Assembly (NCBI GenBank): GCA_963719945.1
Contig: CAVRDX010000001.1
Location: 672,001-736,000 of the forward strand
DNA: 64,000 nucleotides
Source: an uncultured Thermoplasmata archaeon
Lineage (GTDB): Archaea > Thermoplasmatota > Thermoplasmata > UBA10834
Reading direction: 5' to 3'
The first letter of the stretch is position 1; each line of letters opens with the position of its first letter. The notes beneath the pieces are model-generated. The model searched no databases, had not been told where the DNA came from, and worked only from the letters and a program-made list of their open reading frames with translations. Shown in pieces: positions 1 to 10,873 of this stretch. The translations under genes were made by a program, and so were the position numbers.

Positions 1-2773
1 GAAACCGCAGGGAAGGAGGAATGCGACAGGCTGCTCGTGACCGCGGAAGAGAAGATGGACAAGGTCAGACAGTTCGGAGGAGACCCTTCGGACCTGGAGA
101 TCCTCATCACGAGGTCGAAGGAGTCCATCGAGAAGAAAGTATACGAGGATGCTTCTGCGACCGCTAGGGGAGTCATCACGAACGCGGATGACATGATCAC
201 CAGGCTACTGCAGGCAAAATTCTCCGGCATCAAAGACTTCCTCGAAGAAGCGAAGTCCATTGGAATAAGCGTGAACGAATCGAAGACAGCAATAAAGGAT
301 GCTCGTGCCAAGTTCGAACAGAAGGATTATGACGGAGCCAATTCCCTGATTTCAGAAACTCGGTCTTCCCTAGAGGACAAGATCAGGAGATACGACGGAA
401 TAAAGGAGAAGATACGAAGAGCTGAGGACCTCGTAGAGGAGGCACAGAAGAGCAAAGCCGATGTCACAGATCAGGCCAAGGACCTTGGGCTCGCGAAGAG
501 ATACTTCCAGGACAGCGATTTCGACGCATCTGAGAAATTGCTGGATTCGCTCACAGAGGAGGCCGAGAAGAAGCTAGCCATGTACCTGGCCGCCAAGTTC
601 ATCCTCACCTCCAAGGAGAGCATCGAACTCGCCCAGTCATATGAGATCGACATGTCCGAGGGCAAGGAGATGCTGGGAGAGGCCAAGGATCTGATGAAGA
701 AGAAAGAATATGACCAGGCACTCGCCGTCGCGAAACGGTGTGAAGACATCGTCCGCCAGAAGACGGCAAATGGCGTATCAGAGATGATCAAGGAACTCCA
801 GAGACTGCTTACTGATGCCAAGAACTGTCGGTGTGGACACCAAGGGTCCAGAGACGCTCGCAGAGAAGGCAGTCATCCTGTGGAAGACTGGAGATTATGT
901 CGAGGCGCTCAGATGCATCGACTCGGCCAGGAACGACATAGACCAGATAAAGAACCTCAGTTCCCAGGCAGCGATCGAGATAAAGGTCGCAAGAGGCAAC
1001 CTCAAGAACGCCGAGACACTCGACATGGATGTAGGCCAGGCAAGGGAACTCCTGGAGCAGGCAGTCGAGGCATTGACCCGTCATCAATATGCTATCGCTC
1101 TTGAGCTCGCAAAGAAGTCATCGGAATCATCTTCAGAAGTCACCAGGAATACGATCTGGAACACCCTCGAAAGGTTCAAGGACCGCGTGGAGAAGGCTGC
1201 AAACGAGGGCGTCTCTGTCGGAATGGCAGAGAGATTAGTCGCCGAGGGAATCCAGGCATTCAACGAGGAGCGTTTCCAGGATGCACTGAAGCTTGCCATG
1301 AACTGCGAGGCCGAGATGGAGAAGGCTGAGCTGCAGAAGGAGATCAGCACCAGGGCAGTCGAAATGGCACGCATGAAGCTTATTGAAGCCGCCGAAGACG
1401 GAATAAGCGCGCCTGAGATCGAGCAACTTGTGAAGGAGGCGGAGGCGTTGCTCTCCGAAGGCAGGTATGTCGACGCTCTCGGGAAGTCGATCGAGAGCGG
1501 CGACGAGATCCACCTGATCAGGGAGAACATGGACAGCTCGAGGATCGAACTGAGTTCGGTCAGAGAGCAGGTCGATCGACTGAAAAAGGTCGGCATCGAC
1601 ACAACTGAGTGCGAAGAGATTCTCACCGAGGCGCAGAGATACCTCACAGCTCATGAGTTCAGGAAATGCACGGAATCTTTGACGAAATGCTCAGAAAGGA
1701 CCATGGAATTGTTCGAAGGATCTATTGATAAGATAATGGATGAGAACAACGACTTGATATCCAAAGCGAAGTCGATGGGCCTCAGCGTCAAGTCTTGCGA
1801 GGATCTGATGGAAGTCGCCAAGACCTCGTTCTCGGAGAAACTGTGGGACTTCGCGTATCAGCAGGCGGTCTCCTGCAGGACCATTTCCAAGGAACTCATC
1901 GAGAAGAAGCTCGCGAACCTTGTATCAGATGTCCGCGAGAGGCTACAGCCGTTGAGAGATTCAGGAGCTTCCGTTCGTTCCATAGAGGAACTCCTGGACC
2001 AGGCACATCAGGCTTCGGACGAGAACAATACGTCGGAAGCATTCCAGCTCCTCATGGAGGCCGACCAGAGGATTCTCGGAGTTGAGGACTCGCACAAGAA
2101 ATTCATAGACATCTCGATAGCTGCAGAAAGCGCTATAGAGATACTGAAGAGAATCGGAGTTCCGACGGGCGAATCGGAGAAATTGCTCGCACTCGCGGAT
2201 CTGGAGAGGGACAAGGATTACGATTCTGCCATCGAGTTCGTCGCAGAAGCCCTGGATTCGGCAAAGAGCACAATAGAATCACATTCCCCAGACATCACCG
2301 GGACGATAGAATCGTCCGGACTTCAGGAGAATGCTGAAGGTGAAGTCGACATCACACTCAAGAACACCGGCAATGTCCTTGCCAAGGAGGTCACGATGCA
2401 GCTTTCTGGGCAGTTCGAAGCTGTGGACACACCCAGGATCGGAAGCCTGAAACCCGGTACAGACATACTTGTCCGGGCCAGGATAGTCCCACATGCGTCA
2501 GGAGATATACCGATAAGGGTGAACATCACCTGCAAGCGGCACTTCGACGGCAGCCTCCTCAACTTCGAGTTAGAAGGCAAGGTGAGCGTCTTCTCCGCCG
2601 GTCCCCCATACACGGTCGGCCGCGCAGCCGAAGCGACCAAGTGCGCTCATTGTCAAGGCAAGATCAAGTCAGGATTCGATATCGTCACATGCAGATGCGG
2701 GAGCAAACTGCATCTCACCTGCGGCAAGAGAACAGCACAATGCCCGGTCTGCTCACAGAAGTTCTCCTTCTAG
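1..2773 (+). CDS. Giant alpha-helical repeat protein with C-terminal CARDB/Ig-like domain and C4HC3 RING-like zinc finger; 5'-truncated by the window edge; +1 frameshift at about 823-827
   Basis: Frame 1 is open from base 1 to ...LLTDAKN; the recurring 'AKxxGxD...A..LL..A..A....Y..AL' pattern continues in the +1 frame (VGVDTKGPE..., ORF 815..2773). C-terminus has ITLKNTGN...IGSLKPG and CxxC-x11-CxC-x4-HxxC-x6-CxxC. Confidence 0.75.
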
Positions 2774-4119
2774 GCCGATCCTGCAACTCTGGCATTGGAT
2801 ATTCTGAACGCCGGTGTCCTTACCCCGAAGTAGTCCTTAGTCTCCTTTCCGATCATGTCTATCCGCGAGAGCAGGTCGATCAGGCTTATCCCCACGGTTG
2901 ATTGGCGAATCGATGGTCCCAGGGCGCCATCCGCTATGACATAGCTCTCCATCATCAAACCAGAGAACTCGCCTGTGGCAAGGTTCGGGTGGTCGAAAGT
3001 GACCCTCAGATAGACGCCGCGGTCGCTCTCCTTGATCATCTCGTCCAGGCTCGAGTCACCACTCTTTACGACCAGGTTGGATGTGGATATCGATGGTGGA
3101 TGCCTATAACTCCATACCGCACCGCCTCTGGATGAATTGGCTGTGCTCTCGACTGAGTCTTTTCCAGCAGTATACGAATCATGAAGGTACGAGGATAGGC
3201 GGCCAGAGTCCACCAGAGTGGTCGGCCTCGCGACTGTACCCTCTCCATCGAACGAGGTGCTCCCAACTGCCCATTTGAGCAGGGGATCATCCACTATCGT
3301 GATTGATTCAGCTCCGATCCTCTGACCCATCTTTCCAGTGAGATAGCTCCGTCCACGCTGAACCGCTTCTGCGTTCGCTCCTCCGCCGATTGCGTCCGCC
3401 AGTATGATCCCAGCAGCGAGCGGATCCACCACGATTGCATAATCACCCGTCTCGACCTTGGTCTGACTGAGGCCGTTTATCGCATGCTCCCTGGCGCTAA
3501 TACCGGCACTGTCCAACTGGCTGAGGTCCAATCGACGCGAAGAAGAACCATCGAATCCAGAGAACATGGTCGAGTCCGAGCGAGCGACTGCCTCAGCGAA
3601 TACATCGAACGAAGACATCTCCTGTTCGGCTACCAGACCGTGGCTGTTCGCCATGGAGACCTGACAAACGGCCATTCCCAGACCAGCCATCACGGATGTT
3701 ATCCTCTTGTCGTCGCCAGCCACATCCGCGACTCGCGAGACCATCTCCACACCCGCATCGGGCGTTATATCCGAGACCTTGGGGTCGAACAGCCCGGGTA
3801 GGAGCCTGGGTTTGGATTGGCGGGGCAGACCTCTGAAGTCAGGGTCGGCAGTGCCAGACTTTGCCAGGGAGACTGCCAATTCGGCGGTCTTCTTGATGGA
3901 AGCAGGTTCATGGTCGGTGCAGAAGGCGAATCCAGAGGAGCCACCGCTGAACGCGCGGATGCCGACACCAGGGTCGATGGACGAACTGGCCTGCTTCACG
4001 GAACCCCTTTCGATCTCGACTGATATGGAATTGGTCTGAGCGACAATGACATCGCATTCGTCCGCGCCCAGTTTCATGACCGCCTTGACAGTCTCCTCTG
4101 ATAGGTACGCCAAAGTCAT
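2770..4119 (-). CDS. TldD/PmbA family protein, PmbA/TldE-like subunit
   Basis: FDGEG and ATGEFS motifs, no HExxxH; directly downstream of the TldD gene; start placed at MTLAYL after a GGAGG RBS. Confidence 0.9.
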   Translation of the reverse strand: MTLAYLSEETVKAVMKLGADECDVIVAQTNSISVEIERGSVKQASSSIDPGVGIRAFSGGSSGFAFCTDHEPASIKKTAELAVSLAKSGTADPDFRGLPRQSKPRLLPGLFDPKVSDITPDAGVEMVSRVADVAGDDKRITSVMAGLGMAVCQVSMANSHGLVAEQEMSSFDVFAEAVARSDSTMFSGFDGSSSRRLDLSQLDSAGISAREHAINGLSQTKVETGDYAIVVDPLAAGIILADAIGGGANAEAVQRGRSYLTGKMGQRIGAESITIVDDPLLKWAVGSTSFDGEGTVARPTTLVDSGRLSSYLHDSYTAGKDSVESTANSSRGGAVWSYRHPPSISTSNLVVKSGDSSLDEMIKESDRGVYLRVTFDHPNLATGEFSGLMMESYVIADGALGPSIRQSTVGISLIDLLSRIDMIGKETKDYFGVRTPAFRISNARVAGSA

Positions 4120-4130
4120 ATCATAGCCTC

Positions 4131-5525
4131 CTACGTAAGTCCTCCGACAACAATCTCGTCTATCCTCATATGCGGTCCACCATCGGTAGTCCTCGCAGAT
4201 TGACCATTCTTCCCGCAATATCCAGGATCGGTTATCTTGAAATCGTCAGCCAGGCCAGACACATGTCCCAAGACCTCCATGATAACTCCGGAGAGGGATG
4301 CGTCCCTGTATCTCTGGCCCAACTCACCCTTCACGATCTCATACGCCTCGTCACACTTGAACATGAACTGTCCTTTGGATGGCTCGACGTAGCCATATTG
4401 TGCACCCTTGATAAGCAGGCCGTTTGGAGTGTCCCTGACCAATTCCTCCCGGTCCCAATCGCCACCTGCAATGTATGTATTGCTCATCCGAATAATCGGA
4501 GGGCTGCCATAGCTCTCCGACCTGGCCGATCCGTTCGGAGGTATACCCATCCTGCTACTGGTCTCGAGGTTGTGCAGGAATCCTTTCAGTATACCGTTCT
4601 CAATGAGCACATGCTTCGATGATGGCACTCCTTCCCAGTCATACGAGAAATATCCGAACGAGCCCTCGACTGTAGGATCATCTATCAAGGACACCTCATC
4701 ACTCGCGACCTTCTCCCCGATCCGCCCTTCAAGCACGGATGCACCTTGAAGTATGGCATCAGCCTCGCATGCATGACCAAAGGCTTCGTGTGCGAGGAGA
4801 CCAGTCATCACATTATCGAGTATGCAAGTGAATTTGCCAGCTGGTGTCGGCTTAGAGTCCAGAAGACGCAGCGCCTGTTCCGCAGCGGTCCTTCCGATGG
4901 CAGCCGAATCGTCCTTTCGCATCAGTTCATAACCTCCCACCGAACCGACCGAATGATGCCCTCTCTGGATGACTTCGCCATCCTTCGCCCAGGCAGAACA
5001 CGCACCCAGAGTCCAAGTATCTTCCGTCCGAAGAAGGGTTCCGAACGAGTTCGCAACGATGCGAACACCCTCGAAATCATCATATCTGGCATTTGTGCTC
5101 GTTATCTTGGGGCTGAATGATTTCATCGACTTGTCAAGATCCATGACGTATCCTACTTTTTCCTCGACCGAGATCTCACCAGGTCGCTCGTCGCATCGAT
5201 AGACCTCGGTCGCATGTTCGGGTTTACCGGATTCGATCTCGAACTTTATCTTGGCCCTACTTTCGGCGACCTTTGCCATTCGGACTGCCGATTCAGCAGC
5301 CAAGCGCAGAGATTTCAATGAGAGATCGTTGGTGACGGCAAAACCCCATGCTCCACCCACGAATGCACGTATGCCACATCCCTTGGAAAGACGAGCCGTC
5401 ACGGTCTTCGTCTTTCCGTCCATGACAACGATGTTCGTTCCCAGGGAATCCTCCATTCGCAGGTCTGCGAACTGAGCGCCCATGCTAGTGGCATGCTCGA
5501 TTGTTTTCTGTGCGAAATCCTCCAT
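4131..5525 (-). CDS. tldD: TldD metalloprotease
   Basis: HEAFGHACEAD zinc motif, RMSNTY, CGKNGQ...GGPH C-terminus. Confidence 0.93.
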   Translation of the reverse strand: MEDFAQKTIEHATSMGAQFADLRMEDSLGTNIVVMDGKTKTVTARLSKGCGIRAFVGGAWGFAVTNDLSLKSLRLAAESAVRMAKVAESRAKIKFEIESGKPEHATEVYRCDERPGEISVEEKVGYVMDLDKSMKSFSPKITSTNARYDDFEGVRIVANSFGTLLRTEDTWTLGACSAWAKDGEVIQRGHHSVGSVGGYELMRKDDSAAIGRTAAEQALRLLDSKPTPAGKFTCILDNVMTGLLAHEAFGHACEADAILQGASVLEGRIGEKVASDEVSLIDDPTVEGSFGYFSYDWEGVPSSKHVLIENGILKGFLHNLETSSRMGIPPNGSARSESYGSPPIIRMSNTYIAGGDWDREELVRDTPNGLLIKGAQYGYVEPSKGQFMFKCDEAYEIVKGELGQRYRDASLSGVIMEVLGHVSGLADDFKITDPGYCGKNGQSARTTDGGPHMRIDEIVVGGLT

Positions 5526-5583
5526 CTGATACCCCCTTGAGGTGGCGGCGTAATACTTCCTTGGAATTCAACCTATCGCCGCA

Positions 5584-7137
5584 TCATGCCCTCTGAAACC
5601 CACACGTGTGTTCGACCGTATCCACGAACTCACCATCCAATATCATGCGAGCGACGGATTCGATGTCTCCTGACAGTGACCTGTCCTTGTCCAGCCTGGG
5701 CACCCTGGACCTGAGCAAGGACCGTATCTCCTGTATGGGTGCACTGGAAGGTCCGGAGATGAAATCGAGCGCCTGAGCGGCCGCAATCATCTCTATGGCG
5801 ATCACCCTGCTAACGTTCTCCACGATCGTCCTGGCCTTCCATGCGGCGATCGTCCCCATGCTATTGTAGTCCTCCTGGTTCGCACTGGTAGGGATGGAGC
5901 TCGCAGACGCAGGATGTACCAAGACCTTGTTCTCGGATACAATGGACGCAGCGACATACTGCGGCACCATCATGCCTGAGCTGACACCGCCGTGTTTGGT
6001 TAGGAATGGAGGAAGACCGCTCAGCTTGTGATCGACCAGACGGGCCACCCGTCTCTCAGAATAGCTTCCCAGCTCATGCACTGCAAGACCCAGAAAATCC
6101 ATCGCCAAGGCTAATGGTTGTCCGTGGAAGTTGCCACCAGAGATGACAGATCCGTCCTCAGGGAAGAACAGCGGGTTGTCAGTAGCGGAGTTCAGCTCCA
6201 CGCTTATGACATCGTCAGCATACCAGATTGCTTCGAGACTGGCCCCTATCACCTGTGGGATGCATCTGAGCGTGTACGCGTCCTGGACCTTCGAACAATG
6301 CTTATGGGAAAGCATGATCTCGCTTCCCTGGAGCATCGACACCATGTTCCCCGAGACCCGTACCTGGCCTGGATGAGGTCTCACCTTGGACACGCGAGGG
6401 TCGAACGCCATAGATGTGCCCTTGAGAGCCTCGAGGGACATAGCAGCGGCTATTTGTGAATTGTCTACGAGGATGGATGCATCATTCACGGCGAGCGCGC
6501 CGATGCCGCCCATCGCCTGTGTCCCGTTGATTATGGATATCGCTTCTTTAGGCTCGAGAGAGAGAGGCTCCAATCCTCGCCTTCCAAGAGCATCGATTCC
6601 AGGTTCCGGGCCGTTTCCAGCATCAGCCTCACCCTCACCCACCATGACCAGCCCGAGGTGTGCGAGCATCGTGAGATCCCCGCTCGCTCCTACAGAACCC
6701 TGACGCGGTATCAACGGATGGACCTTGGCGTTGAGCATCTTGGACAGCATCTCTGGCAGGTCAGGCCGTACGCCTGAGAATCCTTTGCACAGAGCATTGG
6801 CCCGAAGCAGCATGATCGCGCGGGAGACCTCGGCCGGATATTTCTCACCCACACCGCAAGCATGGCTTCGGAGAAGGTTGAGCTGGAGCGATTTCAGGTC
6901 CTTCTTGGAGATCCTGGCGTTTACCAGGTCTCCGACTCCCGTATTCACGGCATAAATCGTGGCTCCCTTCTCTACGAGTTTCTCGAGCGCCTTCCTGCTG
7001 GAGATCATCCTGTTCCGGGATTCTTCTCCGATCTGAACAGGCGCGAAACCTCTAGCTACCTTCACGACTTTATCGATGGTAAGACTGTTACCGTCGATGA
7101 CTACAGAGCCAGTGCCCTCATCCGCGTTTTTTGCCAT
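5584..7137 (-). CDS. hutH: Histidine ammonia-lyase
   Basis: MIO-forming GSVGASGDL, QDAYTLRC, SGGNFHG, NQED motifs; start trimmed to MAKNAD. Confidence 0.9.
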   Translation of the reverse strand: MAKNADEGTGSVVIDGNSLTIDKVVKVARGFAPVQIGEESRNRMISSRKALEKLVEKGATIYAVNTGVGDLVNARISKKDLKSLQLNLLRSHACGVGEKYPAEVSRAIMLLRANALCKGFSGVRPDLPEMLSKMLNAKVHPLIPRQGSVGASGDLTMLAHLGLVMVGEGEADAGNGPEPGIDALGRRGLEPLSLEPKEAISIINGTQAMGGIGALAVNDASILVDNSQIAAAMSLEALKGTSMAFDPRVSKVRPHPGQVRVSGNMVSMLQGSEIMLSHKHCSKVQDAYTLRCIPQVIGASLEAIWYADDVISVELNSATDNPLFFPEDGSVISGGNFHGQPLALAMDFLGLAVHELGSYSERRVARLVDHKLSGLPPFLTKHGGVSSGMMVPQYVAASIVSENKVLVHPASASSIPTSANQEDYNSMGTIAAWKARTIVENVSRVIAIEMIAAAQALDFISGPSSAPIQEIRSLLRSRVPRLDKDRSLSGDIESVARMILDGEFVDTVEHTCGFQRA

Positions 7138-7198
7138 CTCAAGACCGCCGAGTGATGTGCTGCAGTGATGAGTATTTGCGTACCTTAAACTAACGGCT

Positions 7199-7615
7199 CT
7201 ATTCCTTCTTCTCCAGTACGGGCACGAACTTGTACCCGTAATGGATAACGCCCGCGGACCCTTCCTCACTGAGCTTTCTGAGCACTGTGCGTACCCTGGT
7301 CCCAATCTTGAGGTCGCAGGCGTCACAGTCGATCACCTGACCGGTGATCTTCGGGCCCTCGTCGAGTTCCACCATTGCCACAAGGTACGGCTTCAGCGTG
7401 GCCCTCTCATCGACCCCTTCGTGCACCTCGGAGAATGAGAATATGACACCTTCGCCTTTGAACTTCAACGGTTCGATCTTGCCCACGCTCTTCCTGTGGC
7501 AGATCGGACAGATAGCCCTGGGCGGGAAGTAGTTCTTGCCGCAGCTGTTGCACTTTATCCCAACAAGATTGTACCTGCTGGGATTCTGTCTCCAGAATCT
7601 AGGTGCTGTTGCCAT
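7199..7615 (-). CDS. DUF35 zinc-ribbon/OB-fold scaffold of the thiolase/HMG-CoA synthase complex
   Basis: CxxC...FPPR.xCPxC, YGYKF C-terminus; adjacent to thiolase. Confidence 0.92.
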   Translation of the reverse strand: MATAPRFWRQNPSRYNLVGIKCNSCGKNYFPPRAICPICHRKSVGKIEPLKFKGEGVIFSFSEVHEGVDERATLKPYLVAMVELDEGPKITGQVIDCDACDLKIGTRVRTVLRKLSEEGSAGVIHYGYKFVPVLEKKE

Positions 7616-7617
7616 TC

Positions 7618-8790
7618 TCAAGACCTCCTGAATATGTGTACGATGACTGTCGCGCCAGTCCCTCCGACGTTATGAGTCAGACCGACCGACGCATCCTTGA
7701 CCTGTCGTTTCCCAGCTACGCCTCTAAGCTGGGTCACTACCTCGACGGCCTGCGCAAGACCCGTTGCGCCAATCGGATCGCCCCTGGCCTTCAAACCTCC
7801 CGAGGTGTTGATCGCGATCTCTCCGTCGAGTGCGGTCCTACCATCCTCGGTCGCCTTTCCACCCTCACCCTTCTTGAAGAATCCGAGATCCTCTATCGCG
7901 AGTATCTCGCTTATCGTGAAGTTGTCATGGACCTCTGCCACGTGGACATCCTTCTGCTCAAGGCCGGCTCTCTTGAACGCCTTCTTCGCGGCTATCCTTG
8001 TGGCATCCATGGTGAGTATGTCGCGCCTGTGATGGAGTGCCAGAGTGTCACTCGCCTGCCCGGAACCTATGATCTCGACGGGGGTCTCCACATATTTCTT
8101 CGCATCGTCCAACGGACATAGCACGACCGCTGCTGCGCCATCTGAGCTGGGTGAGCAGTCGAATACGCGCAACGGGTCCGCTACGAGCGGAGAATTGAGG
8201 ACGACATCCCTGTTGATCTCCTTCTGGAACTGCGCTTTCGGATTCAGCGAGCCGTTCTTGTGGTTCTTCACCGCGACATCCGCGAGCTGCTCCCTGGTCG
8301 TTCCGTACTCGTGCATGTGCCTTCTCGCTATCAGGGCGTGAAGGCTCGAGAAAGTGGCACCCAACTCCGTCTCCCATTCTTGGTCCGATGCTGAGGATTG
8401 GATCATCGAGGACGCGATGTCGCTGACATCCATCATCTTCTCGGCACCACCGACTACGACTATATCATGAAGGCCAGACGCGACCGCCATGAAGCCTTGT
8501 CTGAGGGCGAGCCCACCGGATGCTCCAGCAGCCTCCACCCTGGTTGCAGGGATATGGTCCCTTGCCAGACCCGCATAGTCTGCGATCAACGCGCCTATAT
8601 GCTCCTGCTCGATGAATCTGCCAGCAGACATGTTTCCGACGAACACCGCATCTATCATCTCCGCGGATATCTTCGCATCCTCGACTGCGGCCAGACCGGC
8701 ACGTATACCTATATCCCTAAAGGAAGCGTCCCACAGTTCTCCGAACTTCGTGTCCCCTACACCGATGACTGCGACCCGTCTCATGTTCAT
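7618..8790 (-). CDS. Archaeal acetyl-CoA acetyltransferase (thiolase)
   Basis: [33 protein letters not shown]; operon with HMG-CoA synthase and DUF35. Confidence 0.9.
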   Translation of the reverse strand: MNMRRVAVIGVGDTKFGELWDASFRDIGIRAGLAAVEDAKISAEMIDAVFVGNMSAGRFIEQEHIGALIADYAGLARDHIPATRVEAAGASGGLALRQGFMAVASGLHDIVVVGGAEKMMDVSDIASSMIQSSASDQEWETELGATFSSLHALIARRHMHEYGTTREQLADVAVKNHKNGSLNPKAQFQKEINRDVVLNSPLVADPLRVFDCSPSSDGAAAVVLCPLDDAKKYVETPVEIIGSGQASDTLALHHRRDILTMDATRIAAKKAFKRAGLEQKDVHVAEVHDNFTISEILAIEDLGFFKKGEGGKATEDGRTALDGEIAINTSGGLKARGDPIGATGLAQAVEVVTQLRGVAGKRQVKDASVGLTHNVGGTGATVIVHIFRRS

Positions 8791-9839
8791 CCCCTCCCAA
8801 GGGTTATCTTGCCTCTGAATTTTGCATAGGTGGCATAATCGAGATACTTTGGATTGGCGAGCTGCTCCTTCACCGTAGGTGCACGATCCCGTTTGTAGTT
8901 CGAAATCTCGTCTGTAACCGTTATATCGAAACCATCCGAGCCAGCACCTGAACCGTATGCTATGGCGAAGATGCGGTCTCCCGGTTTAGCCTCATCCAGG
9001 ATCGCAGCCAATCCCAACGGTACCGCTCCGGAGTAGGTGTTCCCGATATGGGGGACGATCAGGCCGAGCTTGCCCTGCGCCTCGTTGAACCCCAGCTGCT
9101 TGGCAACCCTGGTAGGGAACTTGCCGTTCGGCTGATGGAACACGGCATGAGCATAATCGCTCGGGGTCGTACCAGCCTTCTTCATCAGACCCTTCGCACA
9201 GCTCATTATGTGTTTGAAGTAGGCAGGCTCCCCTGTGAACCTCCCGCCATGGCTCGGGTACATCTGACCCTCCCGTCTCCAGAAATCTGGGGTATCGGTC
9301 GTGTATGAATATGTATGGTCTATCCTCGCGATGATCTTCTCAGCCCCGATCATATGGGCCGCACCGCCGGCAGATGCCGAGTATTCGAGCGCGTCGCCAG
9401 GGGCACCCTGTGAGGTATCCGCACCGATGGCCACACCATACTTCATCATGCCTGAGCCGACAAGACCCATGCATGTCTGAATGGCGGCCGTGCCCGCCTT
9501 GCACGCGAACTCAAAGTCCGCGACCGTCAGCTCTGGTGACGCTTCGATTGCTTCAGCGACTATCGTTCCTGAGGGTTTCACAGCGTATGGATGCGATTCC
9601 GAGCCGACATAGATGGCTCCTATATCCTTCGGGTCAACATCCACGCGCTTCATCATGTTCCGGGCGGCCTCCACGGAGATCGTGATAGTGTCCTCGTCCG
9701 GCCCAGGGACCGATTTGCTGAATATCATCAGGCCCTTTCCCATCGCAGTTCCATCTATGCCCCACACTTTGCCGATCTCTTCCGGCTTGATCCTATAGCG
9801 TGGGACGTACGCTCCATAACTCACGATTCCTACTTCCAT
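8787..9839 (-). CDS. Archaeal hydroxymethylglutaryl-CoA synthase
   Basis: [18 protein letters not shown] (catalytic Cys), [21 protein letters not shown]. Confidence 0.95.
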   Translation of the reverse strand: MEVGIVSYGAYVPRYRIKPEEIGKVWGIDGTAMGKGLMIFSKSVPGPDEDTITISVEAARNMMKRVDVDPKDIGAIYVGSESHPYAVKPSGTIVAEAIEASPELTVADFEFACKAGTAAIQTCMGLVGSGMMKYGVAIGADTSQGAPGDALEYSASAGGAAHMIGAEKIIARIDHTYSYTTDTPDFWRREGQMYPSHGGRFTGEPAYFKHIMSCAKGLMKKAGTTPSDYAHAVFHQPNGKFPTRVAKQLGFNEAQGKLGLIVPHIGNTYSGAVPLGLAAILDEAKPGDRIFAIAYGSGAGSDGFDITVTDEISNYKRDRAPTVKEQLANPKYLDYATYAKFRGKITLGRG

Positions 9840-9855
9840 CCGAATCCAGCCTCCA

Positions 9856-10539
9856 TCATCCTAGCGATTGGAGTATCTCGACCAGTTCACTTGCTGGCAG
9901 TTCCGTCCTCACGAGAGGAATGCCCTCCAGCTCTGCAAGCCTCACAGCCAGTTCGTCAACCTGCTCCGGCTTCTGATAAACTACCAGCGCAGGCTTGAGC
10001 GGATGGGCTCTGATGGCTATCATCGGTGAACGGCCGAATCTGACGCCAGTGAACACCAGCGCCCTCTGACTGCTCCAGCCATAGATCTTGAGGTAATCGA
10101 ACGAGCTGAGAGTCGTTATGGCTCTTATGCTGTCGATTATAGTGAACCCGTGGATGTGTTTGTCCAGAGATATGGCCGGCGTGAGGTTCTCACCCTTCAG
10201 CTTATCGACCAGGTCCGATGCGAGGACCTCCACGGAGAACTCCTTTATCGCGATTATCGATTCAGTCTTCGCAGCGAGCGAGTACTGCTTGAGGATAGAT
10301 CCGCCCGTCTTCTCGTCGATCTCAAGGAAGGCGTCGACGATCTTCCTGATGGTCGCGATTCCTGGCGATTTCCTCCTTCCGGCCTCGTAATCGCTTATGA
10401 CTGATGGCGAAATCCCAAGGTGCTTGGAGAGGTCCTGTTGAGAAATATTGAACTGTTCGCGCCACTTGCGTATCGTTCTGCCAGGCTCCTCAGAAAGGCA
10501 GATTTCTCCTGCGACTTTCTCCCTCACTTGGTCCCGCAT
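9856..10539 (-). CDS. XRE-family HTH regulator with DRTGG-like C-terminal domain
   Basis: [33 protein letters not shown]; GRSPMIAIR. Confidence 0.85.
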   Translation of the reverse strand: MRDQVREKVAGEICLSEEPGRTIRKWREQFNISQQDLSKHLGISPSVISDYEAGRRKSPGIATIRKIVDAFLEIDEKTGGSILKQYSLAAKTESIIAIKEFSVEVLASDLVDKLKGENLTPAISLDKHIHGFTIIDSIRAITTLSSFDYLKIYGWSSQRALVFTGVRFGRSPMIAIRAHPLKPALVVYQKPEQVDELAVRLAELEGIPLVRTELPASELVEILQSLG

Positions 10540-10791
10540 GCTCCATGGAGCTGAATGTCGGTACTTATAGTTTGTCGTACCTACTTTACGGCAATAGACG
10601 AACATTCTGAGAAGAGAGTGACCCACTTTCGAAACTGGATGCATGCATGGGCCGTAGATGATACACGTGAGATGTGCCCATGAATATTGACAATTCGATA
10701 TCTATGGTACGGATTAGGGGACATAAATCGAGTTTCGCATCATAGATATATAAGGGCCCTTCTGTTATCCCCTGACCGCCCACCACATACC

Positions 10792-10865
10792 GGGGTAGTG
10801 GTCTAGCTTGGTATGATCCGTGGTTCGGGACCACGTGACCGTCGGTTCAAATCCGACCTACCCCA
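10792..10865 (+). tRNA. tRNA-Pro(CGG)
   Basis: Acceptor GGGGTAG/CTACCCC, anticodon arm CGTGG-TT-CGG-GA-CCACG, T-arm GTCGG-TTCAAAT-CCGAC; TATA-like TATATAAG upstream. Confidence 0.96.
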
Positions 10866-10873
10866 CTCCAAGT

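Noticed and set aside
827-1104. C-terminal part of ORF 37..1104 (CRCGHQGSRD...)
   Set aside because: Off-frame read-through after the frameshift; the repeat pattern continues in the +1 frame
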